The notes: a model not told the origin generated them from the sequence alone. DNA of 64,000 nucleotides from the human T2T-CHM13v2.0 reference genome, Homo sapiens (GCF_009914755.1 NC_060927.1), one strand, 5' to 3'. Shown: positions 1 to 16,053, counted from the stretch's first letter. Program-made: numbers and translations.

Positions 1-1648
1 CATTTGTATATCTTTGAGAATTGTCTATTCATTTTCTTAGCCTACTTTTTGATGGGATTTTTTTTCTTCTGATTTGTTGGTGTTCCTTGTAGATTCTGGA
101 TATTAGTCCTTTGTAAGACGTATAGATTGTGAAGATCTTCTCCCACTCTGTGGGTTTCCTGATTACTCTGCTGACTGTTCCTTTCGCCATGCAAAAGCTC
201 TTTAGTTTAATTAGGTCTCAGCTATTTATCTTTGTCTTATTGCATTTGTTTTTGGATTCTTTGTCATGAAATCCTTGCCTAAGCCAATGTCTAGAAAGGT
301 TTTCCAGTGTTATCTTCTAGAATAGAATTTTTATAGTTTTAGGTCTTAGATTTGAGTCCATAATCCATCTTGAGTTGATTTTTGTATAAGGTGAGAGATG
401 AGGATTCAGTTTCATTCTCTTACATGTGGCTAGCCAATTATCCCAGCACCATTTTTTGAAAAGGGTGTTCTTTCCCCACTTTATGTTTTTGTTTGCTTTG
501 CTGAAGATCAGTTGGCTGTAAGTATTTGGGTTTCTCAGTTCTTTATTCTATTCCACTGGTCTATGTGCCTATTTTTATACAAGTACCATGCTGTTTTGGT
601 GACTATGGCTTTATAGTATAGTTTGAAATCAGATAATGTGAGGCCTCCACATTTGTTATTTTTGCTTAGTCTTGCTTTGACTATGTGGGCTCCTTTTTGG
701 TTCCATGTGAATTTTAGAATTATTTTTTCTAATTCTGTGAAGAATGATCGTGGTATTTTGATGAGAATTGCACTGAATTTGTAGATTGCTTTTGGCAGTA
801 TGGTAATTTTCACAATACTGATTCTACCCATCCATGAGCACAGGATGTGTTTCCATTTGTTTGTGTCATCTGATTTCTTTCAGCAGGGTTTTGTAGTTTT
901 ACTTGTAGAGGTCTTTTACCTCCTTGGTTAAGTATATTCCTAAGTATTTTACTTTTTTTGCAGCTATTATTTGCAGAATTCTTGATTTGATTCTCCACTT
1001 GGTCACTGTTGGTGTAGAGAAGAGCTACTGATTTGTGTACATTAATTTTGTATCTAGAAATGTCGCTGAATTATTTTACCAGTTCTAGGGGCTTTCTGGA
1101 GGAGTTTTTAGGGTTTTCAAGGTAAATGATCATATCATCAGCAAACAGTGACAGTTTGACTTCCTCTTTACTAACTTGGATGCACTTCATTTCTTTCTCT
1201 TGTCTGATGGCTTTAGCTAGCACTTCCAGTACTATGTTGAATAACAGTGGTAAAAGTAGGTATCATTTTCATGTTCCAGATCTTAGAGGAAAGGCTTTTA
1301 GTTTTTCCCAATTCAGTATGATACTAGCTATGAGTCCATCATATATGGTTTTTGTTGTGTTGAGGTATGTTTTTTCTATGCCCAGTTTGATAGTTTTTAT
1401 CATGAAGGGATGTTGAATTTTATCAAATGCATTTTCAGCACCAATTGAAATGATCATGTGGTTTTTGTCCTACATTCTGTTGATATGATGTATCACACTG
1501 ATTGATTTGTGTATTTTGAACCACACTTGCATCCCTGGATAAATCCCACTTGGCCATGATGAATTTTTTTTAATGTGTTGTTGAATTTGGTTTGTGTGTA
1601 TTTTGTTGAGGATTTTTGCATCAATGTTCATCAGGGATATTGGCCTGT
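1..1648 (-). mobile_element. LINE-1 ORF2 fragment (RT to C-terminal region), L1PB/L1MA-like, runs off the window start
   Basis: Minus-strand ORFs [27 protein letters not shown]... and ...[16 protein letters not shown]... match L1 ORF2p; the frame is broken by frameshifts. Confidence 0.93.
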
Positions 1649-1649
1649 A

Positions 1650-2396
1650 TTAAAGTAAATCTAAATACATTAATTTAAAAACTCTTACAATGTAACAAAA
1701 AGAGAAATAATTCAACTTTTAAAATAGACAAATGACTGGGACAGATACTTTAACAAAGAAGATACACAAATGGCTAATAAACACTTTAAAAGATTCTCAG
1801 CATCATTTAGGAAATGTGATCAGGGAAATGTGATTTAAAATCACAATGAGATGCCACTACACACCCACTAGAATGGCTAAAATTAAAAAGACTGAAAATG
1901 TCAAGTGTTTGTAAGAATGTGGAGCAACTGGAATGCTAATTCACCACTAGTAAGATAGTGAAATTTCACAGACATTTTGGAGAGCAATTTAGCAGTTTCT
2001 CAGAAAGTTAAATATAACATAAAATAACCATGCATATAAAAACATAATATAACTCAGTAATCCCACTCCTTTGTTTTTACCCAAGAGGAATTAAAGCATA
2101 TATCTATAAGAAATTGCATGTAGATGTTCATAGCAGCTTTATTCATAATAGCAAAAAAACTAGAAACAACCCAAATGCACATCAGCTGGTGAATGGATAG
2201 ACAAATTGTGGTATACAAAACAATAAAAATGAATGAACTAGTGATACCCACACAGTACAATGAAAAAAAACTAGCAATGCACATAACAATATAAAAAAGA
2301 AGCAAACTATTGATATATATAATACATCAATGACTCTCAAAAGCATTGTGTTAAATGAAAGTAGCTGGATACAAAAGGCTGTATATAATTCCATGT
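1650..2396 (+). mobile_element. Old L1M (L1MC/L1ME-like) ORF2 end and 3' region
   Basis: L1 motifs aaagaagatacacaaatggctaataaacac, acaatgagatgccactacacacccactagaatggctaaaatt, gcagctttattcataatagc; cut by Tigger2 at a TA. Confidence 0.85.
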
Positions 2397-2397
2397 A

Positions 2398-4510
<2,113 letters not shown>

Positions 4511-4513
4511 TCC

Positions 4514-4797
4514 TTTCTTCTTTCTTCTTCTTCTTTTTTTTGGATAGGTTCTTACTCTGTCACCCAGGCTGGAATGCAGTGGCATGATCATGGCTCACTG
4601 CAGCTTTGGCCTCCTGGATCAAGGAATCCTCTCACCTCAGCCTCCCAAGTAGCCAGGACTACAAATACATGCCACCACACCTGGATAATTTTTTTATTTT
4701 TATTTTTTTACAGATGGGGTCTTGCTTTGTTGTCCTGACTGGTCTCAAGTGATCCTTCCACCTCGGCCTCCCAAAGTGCTGGGATTACATGTGTGAC
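4514..4797 (-). mobile_element. AluJ lacking its 5' terminus
   Basis: Antisense Alu with J-type catgatcatggctcactgcagc; stops at gggattacatgtgtga. Confidence 0.9.
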
Positions 4798-5211
4798 TAT
4801 ACACAAATTAGCAAATGACACATGTTAAATAGAGATTCACAGAAAGAAAAATCAAGAGATGGAAAACTTTGTATAAGGCAAACACTAATCAAGTCTAGCT
4901 ATATTAACATAAGATAAATGCAAAGAGCATTACTGAAGATTGAAAAGGAGTATTTTATAATGACAAAAGGGTCAATTTCTAGAAATATGTAACAATTCCA
5001 AATTGGACTACACAAATGAACTTGCTTTAAAGCAAAACTTGACAACTAAAAGGAGACATAGACACAGCCATAATCACAACTGGAGATTTTAATACCTCTC
5101 TCATAGCAACAGATAAAATAAATAGACAAAAATAAGTAAGGATATAGATTAAACAATTGGATTAACAAAAATAACTTAATTCATGTGTAGAGAAAACTGC
5201 AGAATACAGTT

Positions 5212-5527
5212 TTCTTTTTTTGAAATTTAAGATAAAGTTTAATACATATTAGGGTATTTTGGTACAGCTGATTTGGTTCATATTTGTTTATAACAGCTTT
5301 ATTAAGATATAATTCATAAACCACAAAGCTCACCCTTTTAAAGTCCACAATTCAGTGGTTTTTAATATACTCATAAAGTTTTGCAAGCATCGCCACTATC
5401 TAGTTTCAAAACATTTTCATTACCTCAAAAAAAAAAAATCCCATACTCATTAGCGGTCACATCCCATTCCACCTTCCTCCAGCCCCTAGCAAACCCTAAT
5501 CTACTTTCTGTCCTTATGAATGTGCCT
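5212..5527 (-). mobile_element. Short L1MB-like 3' end inserted into the L1M
   Basis: taacagcttttattaagatataattcata...aaagtccacaattcagtgg; flanked by the TSD-like pair CAGAATACAGTT (5200) and CAGAATATAGTT (5528). Confidence 0.75.
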
Positions 5528-5862
5528 CAGAATATAGTTATCAAATGCATATGAAATATTTACAAATATTGATCATATTCTGGTTTATAAAGTGAATTTT
5601 AACAGATTTCAAATAATTAAATTCTAGAAATATATTCCCTGAACATGGTGAAATTGTTAGAAATCAGTAACAAAAAAAAACTTTAAAAGTTATCCAAATA
5701 CTTAGAAATAAAGGAATATAATTTAAAGAAATCTCATGGTAATTTTTTAAAGTCCTTACTGAAATTACAATGAAATTCAGCAAAACAAAATGTGTGAAAT
5801 GAAGCTAAAGCTATACTTAGAGAAAATTGTAGTCTTAAACACAAATATAAGAAAAGAAAAAA

Positions 5863-6150
5863 GGTCTGGGTGCAGTGGCTCACACTTGTAATACCAGCAC
5901 TTTGGGAGGCTGAAGTGGAAAGATCACTTGAGGCCAGAAGTTTGAGACCAGTCTACCAAAAAGCAAAAATAGAAATTAAGAAAGAAATTAACTGGGCATG
6001 GTTGCACATACCTGTAGTCCTATAAATCAGGAGGCTGAGGTGGGAAGCTCTCTTGAACTTAGGAGTTTGAGGCTGCAGTGAGCTATGATTGGGCCACTGC
6101 ACTCTAGCCTGGGTGACAGAATGAGACCCCGTTGAAAAAAAAAAAAAAAA
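5863..6150 (+). mobile_element. AluJ
   Basis: Dimeric Alu with aggagtttgaggctgcagtgagctatgat and an A-tail. Confidence 0.92.
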
Positions 6151-6265
6151 GAGGCTGCAAATTAATTATCTAAGTATCCATCTCAAGAAGTTAGAAAAAG
6201 AGCAGCAAAATATACCCAATGAAAGAGCAAAGACAAATTAAAAAGTTAGAAAGACATAAATGAAA

Positions 6266-6421
6266 GCCAGGCACAGTGGCTTGTGCCTGTAGTCCCAGCT
6301 ACTTGAGAGGCTGAGGTGGGAGAATTGCTTGAGTCCAGGAATTTGAGACCAGCCTATGCAACATAACAATACATCATCTCTAAAAGTGAATAAATAAATA
6401 CAAATTGAACAATTTTTAAAA
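6266..6421 (+). mobile_element. Monomeric FLAM-type Alu
   Basis: Single arm plus A-rich tail; TSD AGAAAGACATAA(A)TGAAA at 6248 and 6422. Confidence 0.85.
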
Positions 6422-7939
6422 AGAAAGACATAATGAAATAGAAAACAAATGTACACTAGAGAAAAATTAACAAAGTCAAAAGTTAGTTCTTTGAAAAGAA
6501 CAATATAGTCATATACTTCTGCTACAACTGATCAAGAAAAAGAGAAAAAGATAGAAGGTGCAGATTATGAATATCAGAAGGTATGAAAAGTAACATTAAA
6601 ACGGAAGGATATTATAAACAACTTTTTACCAATAAAATTGAACATGTTAATAGAAAGGGGAAATTCCTAGAAGAACACAACCGTAACTGACCCAAAAAGA
6701 AATAGGAAATCTGATTAGTCCTAAATTTATCAAAGAAATTGCTTTCAGTAATTAAAAATCTTCAGTAATTTAAAGAAGAAACAATACCAATCATTAAACA
6801 AACTCTTACAGAGAACAGAAAATGATAAAATTCTTCCCAACTTATTTATGAGGCCCCTATGATCTGATACCAAACCCTAGCAAACACATAATGAGAAAGT
6901 AAAATTACAGACCGGTTTCTTTCATGAACATAGGTGCTGAAATCCTAAACAAAATACTAGCCAATCAAAATCAGCAATATATTGAAAAGACAATACAACA
7001 TAATTATTTTGGGGTTATTCCAGGAATGCAAGGTTGGTTTAGCACTATAAAATCAATGAATGTAATTCTCTATATTAACAAAACAAAGGAGAAAATAATA
7101 CAATCATCAAAATAAAGGTACTAAAAGCATTTGATAAAATTCAAAGTGCATTCATATTAGAAACTCTTAGCATTCTAGGATAGAAGGAGACTTCCTTACT
7201 CTGATAAAGAGCATCTGTAATAAATGAATGAATGAATGAACAAGCTTACAGCAAACATCATACTCAATGGTAGAAGCCTCTCTTAGATGAAGAATGAGGG
7301 AAGGATGTACACTATCTTTTACTCAGCATTGTGCTAAGGATATTGACTATTGCAATAAGGAAAGAAAAAATATAAATTACGTAAAGATTAGAAAAGAAGA
7401 TACATTATTGTTCTTTATAGACAACATAACTATGTGCTTAAAAATCCAAAAGAATCTAGAAACACTGTTAAAATTTAAAAACGAATTTGGCAAAATCATT
7501 GCATACAAGGCAATATAAAAATCAATTGTTTTTCTATATTCTAGCAACAAACAATTGAAAACAAAAATTTAAAAACATTTATCATAATATCAGAAAACAT
7601 CAAACACCTAGAAATAAATAGAATAAGCTGTTCATGTCCTCTACACTGAAAATTACAAAACTTTATAGAAAGAAATTAAAGAAGACCTAAGAAAAATGTG
7701 TTGTGAACTGAATTATAACAAAATGCAACATATCAAAATGCTCACAGATTGGACATTTTTAACTTTATAAGAAGTAAATTCTCCCACCAGTTGACCTATA
7801 GATTCAATATAATCTCAAATACCTGAATTTGGTTTTGGTTTGTTGTTGTTATAAATTGACAAGCTGATTTTAAATCATATTTGGCAATGCGAAGGGCAAA
7901 GAATAGAAAAAAGAAAACCTTGAAAAAGAAGGGAGGTAC

Positions 7940-8659
7940 AAAAAGCCAGCCCCCTTGCTTGAGGAGCTATCCATATTCCAGACCTCCCAAAGGGATTACC
8001 ATGAGGCTAGATTTTAGCCAAACGTAAAGCCTTCTGTTGGGAGACAATTTTTCCTAGGACTTTCACATTTCTGCCCACCTTGCCAACCAGAGGCATTGAT
8101 GGCAATGTTCTGCACCATCCTTTCTAGGATGTTTGTATAGTGAACAGCCTTGGAAGATAAAAATAGTGTCTCCCTGGAACAAAGGGCAGGTTTACTACCC
8201 AGTATGAGAAAAATGACATATCCTTCCAGGGCAATGTTCAGACAGGTTACTACCCATTGTAAAAGATTCAGGTTCCCTAAGGTCAGAGTTCCTCTCCTCT
8301 AACATAACCCACTACTTGTGCAGGACATTACCTGGCCCTCTTTGCATCACTTTAGGGAAACTGAGGCTCAGAGAGCTGGTGCAAATGCTGATACTCAGGC
8401 TTCTGCTATTGCTGTCGGTGTTAAAACACTTTATTTCTGACCGAAGAGTCTGCCAGCATCCATGAAAGTGTGCCAGGCTAATTTGTTAGCTTGCAAGCAA
8501 GGCAAAATCTTGGACCCTTCACAGTTCTTCACAACTTTTCCCACATAGCCTGTTCCACTTATTCTCTCACAGGTTTCAATGGACAATTCTCCCTAAATAA
8601 ATCACTTGCATAAAAATCCCCAACTCAGGCTCTGCTTCTAGGGAACCTATCCTAAAACA
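7940..8659 (+). mobile_element. LTR16-like ERVL LTR fragment split by a younger LTR
   Basis: 3' end aataaatcacttgcataaaaatccccaactcaggctctgcttctagggaacctatcctaaaaca matches the recalled LTR16 terminus. Confidence 0.65.
8035..8533 (+). mobile_element. Solo ERVL LTR, LTR40-like
   Basis: TG...CA bounded: TGTTGGGAGACAATT ... gacccttcacagttcttcaCA; family name recalled. Confidence 0.7.
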
Positions 8660-8679
8660 ACACCACTGTAGAGGTATGA

Positions 8680-9032
<353 letters not shown>

Positions 9033-9059
9033 TAAAAAAAATAGTTTACATAACTATGC

Positions 9060-9550
9060 AAAGTAACTGTGGCTAGAATGTGGAACATGGATTAGAGTAG
9101 GAAGGCATTGGAGTAAAAAAGACCAGTTAAATACTACTACTAAAAAAGAGAAAAAAAAGTAACTAGCTAATAATCCCCCTTAAAAAATTATTACAAGAGT
9201 CTAGATTAGAGATAACTAAAATTTGACCTAAGTTAGTGGCATGTTAATAGAGATAAAGGGGCAGATTCAAAAGATATTTAAATAGTAGAATGTGGTCGTA
9301 ATATGCAAAATATTTAGCAACAAGTGCAGCTACTGTACTGCACAGATACCACCAATACAATGAATACCAGCTATAAACAACTGCTTTGACAGAACTGATG
9401 CCTACAGGCAGAATGTCACCAGGCCTCATAAAATGGATAGAACTTGATAGCCAGTTGAACCCAACGGGTAAGAAATGAATTGAGATACTTACAAAGTTTT
9501 CAAGCTTGGAGGACACAGAGAATAATGGTTCCTTTAACTGATACGAGTAA
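9060..9550 (-). mobile_element. Degenerate L2 remnant, possibly with a small DNA-transposon insert at about 9290-9425
   Basis: L2-like gattcaaaagatattta and ttttcaagcttggaggac...ataatggttcctttaactga flank an unrelated segment. Confidence 0.4.
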
Positions 9551-12500
9551 CATCATTTTTATGTACATAATCTCAATTATTTTGTTTCAGCTTGAATGAC
9601 TCCCAAATCTATCCAGCTTCTCTGAAAATCAGAGAATTGTCTGAATATCTTATTCCACACACACAATTTAGAATGAGATGTGTTTTTCATTTTAAAAATA
9701 TTTTCAAAATCACACCAATTAGAAGCCATAAAGAAAGGAATGTAGACCAATAAAGCAAGCCAGCTTGACAGATGATGTATCACTTTTAATCACACAGCAC
9801 ATGTGGCTGCCAATTGCTATTTTTTTCTCTTAAAGCACACTTTACAAATCATTTGACTTTTTCACAAATCTTCCTAAGGTAGCAGAAAAGCAGCTGGATT
9901 TTATAGACTGAGACTCTGAATTGCTAATTCACAGTCTTTTAACATATATCCCCTTTTAATGCAAACAGCTCAGAATGAACACTCCTTAAACGATTAAGAA
10001 CCCATGGCTTTCCATCTTCCCTTCCCCGTAATTACCAGTATCTTTTAAGGAAGAAAGTGTGTTTTCTGTTCATTAATGGTAATACTACCTAGGCAGACCA
10101 ATCAGTAAGTCCATGATCCCGCAGTCACTGTGGAAGCCAAATTACCCTCTCTACCAGGACAAAATCAATTAACACCACTAGGGATGTCATTATTGTCACA
10201 TTATGTCACCCGATAGTCTCCAGGGCCTATAAGTGATTTAAATTTTTTCTTTTTTTTTTTTTTTTTTTTACCTCTATGATTCTAGTATGCCTGTGTGGTA
10301 TGGGGAGGAGGAATAAACTTCACATTGACGAGGGATATTTCTACTACAGGGAAATTAATTTTACAACATAGAAAAATGACAGCCACTGTTTTAGGTCTTT
10401 GGAAGAAAAATGGTTATAGGCTAGGATAATTCTGAAGCCTAAATGATTTCTCATACCGAAGTGTATTTGAAAGCTTTGCTTAAACAAAAGCTACATTGGC
10501 TGGAGTCATGAGGTACTTTCATCAGTGCAGAGTAAGCCAGGGGATGGAAATCAATCAAACCACGGCAAGCTACACAACAGTTGGAAGTCCAAGAGTCCAA
10601 AGTTGTAATCTCTCTTCTAATAAAATCAACTTGTTTCCCTTCATGATAAGTCGTGTAATTCTAGTTTTGCAAAGTTAGACACTTGATGTGTCAAAAAAGA
10701 GGTTGAAATGCCATGATTGTATCTGGCAAAACCAGGTCTCATCTGGAAAGACTAGAATTCATGCTTGGAATTCTGAGGACACATAACAGCAGAGGGTATA
10801 ATAGTCTGCACTCAGAACTATTCCCTGTGCTTAATCTGTGGATTGGTTAGGTTCAGTAGCCAGACACTTGGAAGAAAACCACATTTGATATCAGTATCTT
10901 CTGACAGTTGTCTTTTTCTTCTCCATTTTTTTTTTAACTTCTCATTACTACCAGTGAATATTAAATGAGATCTGGATTCAGAGTTTGTTTTCGTTATTGT
11001 AGTTGCTGTTAAAAACAAATTAAAAATTCCCAAGTAAATTAAGCAGGATGTTTTTAAATGGCAGGTTTCCTTTTTAAAAAGTAGACCCAACTTCTGTATT
11101 TTGGCCTCCATCAGGGGGTATTTAATTAAGTCTATTCTGTCTAACATGATCTGATGTCATTGTACAAGGATATGTTCTTTGTTAGCAGCACTCTTAGTTT
11201 CAGACTCCTCTGTGTATTTGAAACCATGGTAACAGAGCAGTAAGCTAAAGCCAATGAGATAATGAGATATTCTCATTGTAATTGTGTTTCATGAGGGCAC
11301 AAGATCCCACGGGTGGTATCTGACTGTCTTACAACTGCTAACAGAATTTAAGAAGCAGACATATATTAGCGCGGTACCGTTTTCCATAACAGCCATGTAA
11401 ACACTTGTGACATGGCATTTTTAGCTGTTTCCAGCACATAAAAGTGTGTATTGTGCATTTATGTCACAAAAGCCACACAATTAATGAATATCAATATTTA
11501 AAAATCCTTAGAACTTCAAGGAACTTCAGATTTGAAATGCACCAAGCAGGCTGTGGGGATGCTGTTTTGCATTATAATTATGAGCTGGGCTATGGTTGAT
11601 GAGGGGAGGAATCCATCAAAGCAAAGAAAAAGAGAGCAGCCAGCCCTTTTTCGCCTCCCAAACACCCCACATGCACCTCCTAAAGGAGGGACAAAACTAA
11701 CCTTAAGCAAGGTTCCCTGTATTTTTATGAGGAAAGACAGGTTGGGGGTTTCTAAAAGCATTTTAGCTTTAAAAGAGAGAGAGAGAGAAAAAAAAAACAT
11801 TTGTCGAATAAAACCAAAATATTTACAAGCCATCTCTTCTTCTGAACTAAAATCAGAAAGGAGAACACCTCACTTTTGAGTTCTTTCTCTTCTGTCACTG
11901 TTTGAAGTTTCCCCACAGTTTTCATTTGAGTTGCAGATTTTATGCACAAGTCACTGGATCCATGTTCTCCATGCTGATGAGGTTGCCCTAACAGGGATTG
12001 TGTCTTTTAATAAATAATTTAAAACTAAAAAGAGAAAGCACAATATAGAATGACTGGTGATTTAAGCAGGGCTAAGATTCATATGCTCTTGTATCACCAA
12101 GGCTTTCCACCAGGAGGCCTGCTTTAGAAAATAACTGACCTGAGAATTCGCATTTTTTCAGGTTTGCGGAGTTGATAGCTTCCAAGACAGGGGTGATCCA
12201 ATATACGGGAACGATATGGGCAAGGATTCTGTTTGCTTTTCACTTTTCAGACAAGGGGGATCACTCTGGTTTTTAAAATGCGGCGGTGCCATTTCTAAAA
12301 TGTTTTGTCATAGGGAGCTAAATCGATATGAAAGCCATCTTGATAGAGCAGGGGAGTTGGTTTTCTTGAAAGTCATTCAAGTGTCTACCGTTTGGGGGGA
12401 GAGTTCTCATTCAAGATGTCAGTAGTGGCACATTCATCACTAAATGTCACTTAAAGACAGGCAGTTCTTTCTTCTGCTGTGTGTGTGAGATATACATGTG

Positions 12501-13769
12501 TGTAGTTGGGAAATAAAATCCGTGCCCTAAGTGGGTGCACAGAAAGAACATGCCACAGGGTTGGAAAATATGGTCTTCATCTCTGTGAGATAAGGGTGGC
12601 CTCATCACTCATGGCTGCTGTAGCAAAACACAACCACAAGTGCATAATGGGGCCACCCCTCCTGAGGGGAGATAACTTCTATATCTGAGCTGTCATGACC
12701 CATTAGGTCCTCGCACTTCCTATTCTTGGATGTATCTCTCAGCCGGCCCTTTATTTCTACATCTGAAAGGGGGAGACCTCATTTTTCTTTAAAACCTCTC
12801 CTTGTTCCTGACAAACAGGTAATGGCTGTCAGGTTTGAAGCCTCCCCTGGGCGCCATGTTGAGATGTTCAGTGAGGGCTAGGGTTGACAACATTTGCAAG
12901 ACTTTAAGTATATAAATATATAAATAATTGCAAAATGGCTTAACTTGTGCAGGCGTTGAAATGGGTTACTCTATTTTATTCTAGATGAGTTCTTTATCCA
13001 CTTAAGCCTAGGCTAATCCTAATTTTAGAGATGCAACAAAAAATAAGGAATTGAGTGTGTTTTCATAATATTGGAATCACAAAAGTGTCACTTATAAAAC
13101 TGATTTGGTAATGTACTTTCTCCAATTTGAAGCCTTCCAATGCCATCATTTAGCCTGAGAATAGCAGATGTCCACAGAAGTTGATTCTATTGTGTTTAAA
13201 TGATAGCCAGAAGCTGCCATTGACTTTTTTCTCCCCTCCTATATCCCTTGCCTTCTACCCTGACAGGAGCCGACATTTCTAGGTTAAAAAACGTGGGTAG
13301 GGGCGGGTGTGCTTGTGCGGAGTGGTTAACAAAATCTACATTTTACAAAGTGGAAGGAAGCAGGCAGAAAGACGCAAAGGAGGGACTCGCCGTTCCCAGG
13401 TGCTGAGGTTCCCAGGTGCTTCAGTTCCCAGGTGAAAAGCAGGGTGAAATGGTTTTAGAGAAACAGGGATGAAGGGATTAGGTGGGCAGAAGGCAATAAT
13501 TGATTGCATGTAGGTAACAGCAGCAAAATGCCTGCCTTTGGTTACTTAGGCTGGGACCAGCACCTTTCCACATCCACACCACGGAATTTCAGAGGCTGGG
13601 AGTGCTGTAGGTAGAGCAACCACCCGGCTCCCTGAGTGGGGAGAACCTGCTGTCTTGGGGGAATGCGCCTCCTGAAAAAAGCCATTTCCACGGACGGAGG
13701 TCATGGTGCTTAGAGACGAGCCTCCACCCAGGCCAGAAAAATGCCAGCCCTCTGTGGGGTAGGGCGGAG

Positions 13770-13935
13770 GTGGGAGCAAGAGCACGGGGCTTTGAGGTCG
13801 GACACATCTGCCTTTGGATCCTGGTTTCTCCATTTAAAAGCTGGGTAATGCTCACTTGTAAAAACGTAAACATATAAATAATGCCTGCTTTACAATGCTG
13901 TGGTAAGAATTATATGAAATTACATAGGGAGCGTC
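13770..13935 (+). mobile_element. MIR SINE remnant
   Basis: aagagcacggggctttgagg...ataataatgcctgctttacaatgctgtggtaagaatta. Confidence 0.6.
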
Positions 13936-15439
13936 TATGTGGATCTTTTTTCCTCCTAGTCACGCAAAAAAGATGATAGTAGGTTACATAGAATTGCTAC
14001 GTGGATCAAAAGAGAAAATGTATAATAAGGACCTTGGGATTGATAAAATACACCATAAGTGGTAATTAAAATAATGTTTAAACATATTAAATTCAGCATA
14101 TATGCAGATAAATATATTTACAAATATAAATGCTGAGCATTCTTTCTAATTTCAATCTTCTACCTTTTAATTTTGAAAAAGACTAAAAGAATGAAACATA
14201 AATAAGCAAAACTCCACTTTCTAAACAATGAGTAATTAGAAGAATAGCCTTGGTATTCTTTTAGCCACCCTCCTTTGAGTCCATCACTGGGGGTGCAGTG
14301 ATGGGAGCTGCAGATGTTTTGCCTGGTTCAACAGTTCTTGGGGAGGCTGAAGGCAAATACTGACAGAAAAGGGATGGGGGTTGGGTCTCAAACTCAAAGC
14401 ATACTTCAGCGATTGGTCTAAAAGGGCACACTTTTTGATGTGGGATGATCTGACAAAAACTATTATGCATGGGGTATACTTACCCAATTTTAGAATGAAA
14501 AACATGCTTTTAAAAAGTCATGTCAAAATATGATTCTAAGCTGTTAGAATTTCTACTGGAAAAATTTGCGTAAGTAGGGGCTTCTCATGTGTAGTGAATG
14601 AGAAGCTTTGCCAGAACTACCCCCAGATGCTTCCACCTTCTCTCTATCAGTGACAGACAGGTGAGAGCCTTTGCAGATTTACGCATTTAGAGAATAGGCA
14701 AAGAATTGACGAAAGCCCAAAGCTCTCTGCCCTTTCCCTGGCTTTGCCTGAAATCCCCCATTACTAATTTATTTGGCCCATAGGGACATTAACAGTTGTT
14801 AAAGAGAAAACCAGGACCCTTAGCACAGTATCTACCCACTACAGTTCGGGTTGAGTAAGTTTATCAAATAATTCCTGTCACCTAGCAAGATCTAGCAAGA
14901 TCTGGAACTGAGATACAGGAAAACTACAGCTGGAATTGTGAAAACAGTCTGACCCAGGAGGGCAACACCAGTATGGTGCTCAGTACAAGCATTTGAAGGA
15001 TGACAATTGATTACCAAAGGATGACGGAAAGAAAGTCACTTAAGCTTACTTCTGAGTTATATCCTGTTTTGCCCTCACCCATTCTTACATCAGGGAACTA
15101 AAGTCTTTGACTATCCTGCAAAGATATTTCAACTCCATTTAAGGATAATGTACATATCACTCTGTAATTATTCTTTCCCCAACAAAAACAAGTCTGTCTG
15201 GCAGAAATAGCCATGAACTACGGCTTGCCAACAGTCTTTCAGACTGTGAACATTAAAAATTGTTTCCTTAAACCCATAGCTTTTGCCCTTGAGGAACACA
15301 GTGAGGCAGAACCAACACAATGAGGACTTACTGCTCACCTGAATATATTCTGGGAGGACTGGAAGGACCTACCAGGTCAGGTGAGTTTCTCCCTTTCTGA
15401 GCGGGGGTAGGCTGTACGTAGTGCCTAAATATACTTTTT

Positions 15440-15570
15440 AGATTGGCCTTCCTTATAGATCATAGGCTACTCCAGGGCAATAAGGGTGTCCAATTTGTTC
15501 ATTATTGTATCCTCAGCAACTAGCACAGTGCTGAGCACAAAGTAGGTGCTCAGTTTGCTAAATGAATAAC
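15440..15570 (+). mobile_element. L2 3' end
   Basis: ctagcacagtgctgagcacaaagtaggtgctcagtttgctaaatgaat. Confidence 0.7.
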
Positions 15571-15715
15571 AAAGGAATCAGCTGGTGTCCTATCTTACGC
15601 ACCTCTTGTTTTCTCCTCTTTTTTGCAGCTCCAAGTCAAGGTTTACTATGTTTTTGCTAGTTTTGTATCTTTCTATTTCTCCATTTTTACAGTCCCCACC
15701 TCTATCTTGTCTTTT

Positions 15716-15738
15716 TTTCTTTTTGCCTTCTTTTCTAT

Positions 15739-15773
<35 letters not shown>

Positions 15774-16053
15774 CAGAGTCTTGCTCTGTCACCCAGGCTG
15801 AAGTGCAGTGGCGCAATCTCCGCTCACTGCAACCTCTGCCTCCCGGGTTCAAGCAATTATCCTGCCTCAGCCTCTTGAGTAACTGAGACTACAGGTGCAT
15901 GCCACCATGCCCAGCTAATTTTTTTGTATTTATAGTAGAGACAGGGTTTCACTGTGTTGCCCACGCTGGTCTTGAACTTCCAAGCTCAGGCAATCTGCCT
16001 GCCTCGGCCTCCCAAAGTGCTAGGATTACAGGTGTGAGTCACTGCACCCGGCC
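15716..16053 (-). mobile_element. AluS with a long interrupted poly-T tail
   Basis: Full antisense Alu; TSD TATCTTGTCTTTT at 15703-15715 and 16054-16066. Confidence 0.95.

Larger units (their letters stand above)
4800..7930 (+). mobile_element. Old L1M ORF2 (endonuclease to RT), fragmented by later insertions
   Basis: ORF 6924-7115 [39 protein letters not shown] is the L1 RT motif; EN-region ggagattttaatacctctctc. Confidence 0.88.

Noticed and set aside
13392-13434. CRISPR-like repeat-spacer pattern
   Set aside because: 11-bp repeats with 5-bp spacers in eukaryotic DNA and no cas genes; a simple tandem duplication.
14651-14660. 10-nt micro-exon ctatcag|TGACAGACAG|gtgaga
   Set aside because: Not frame-preserving and unsupported; it shows that such patterns arise by chance.
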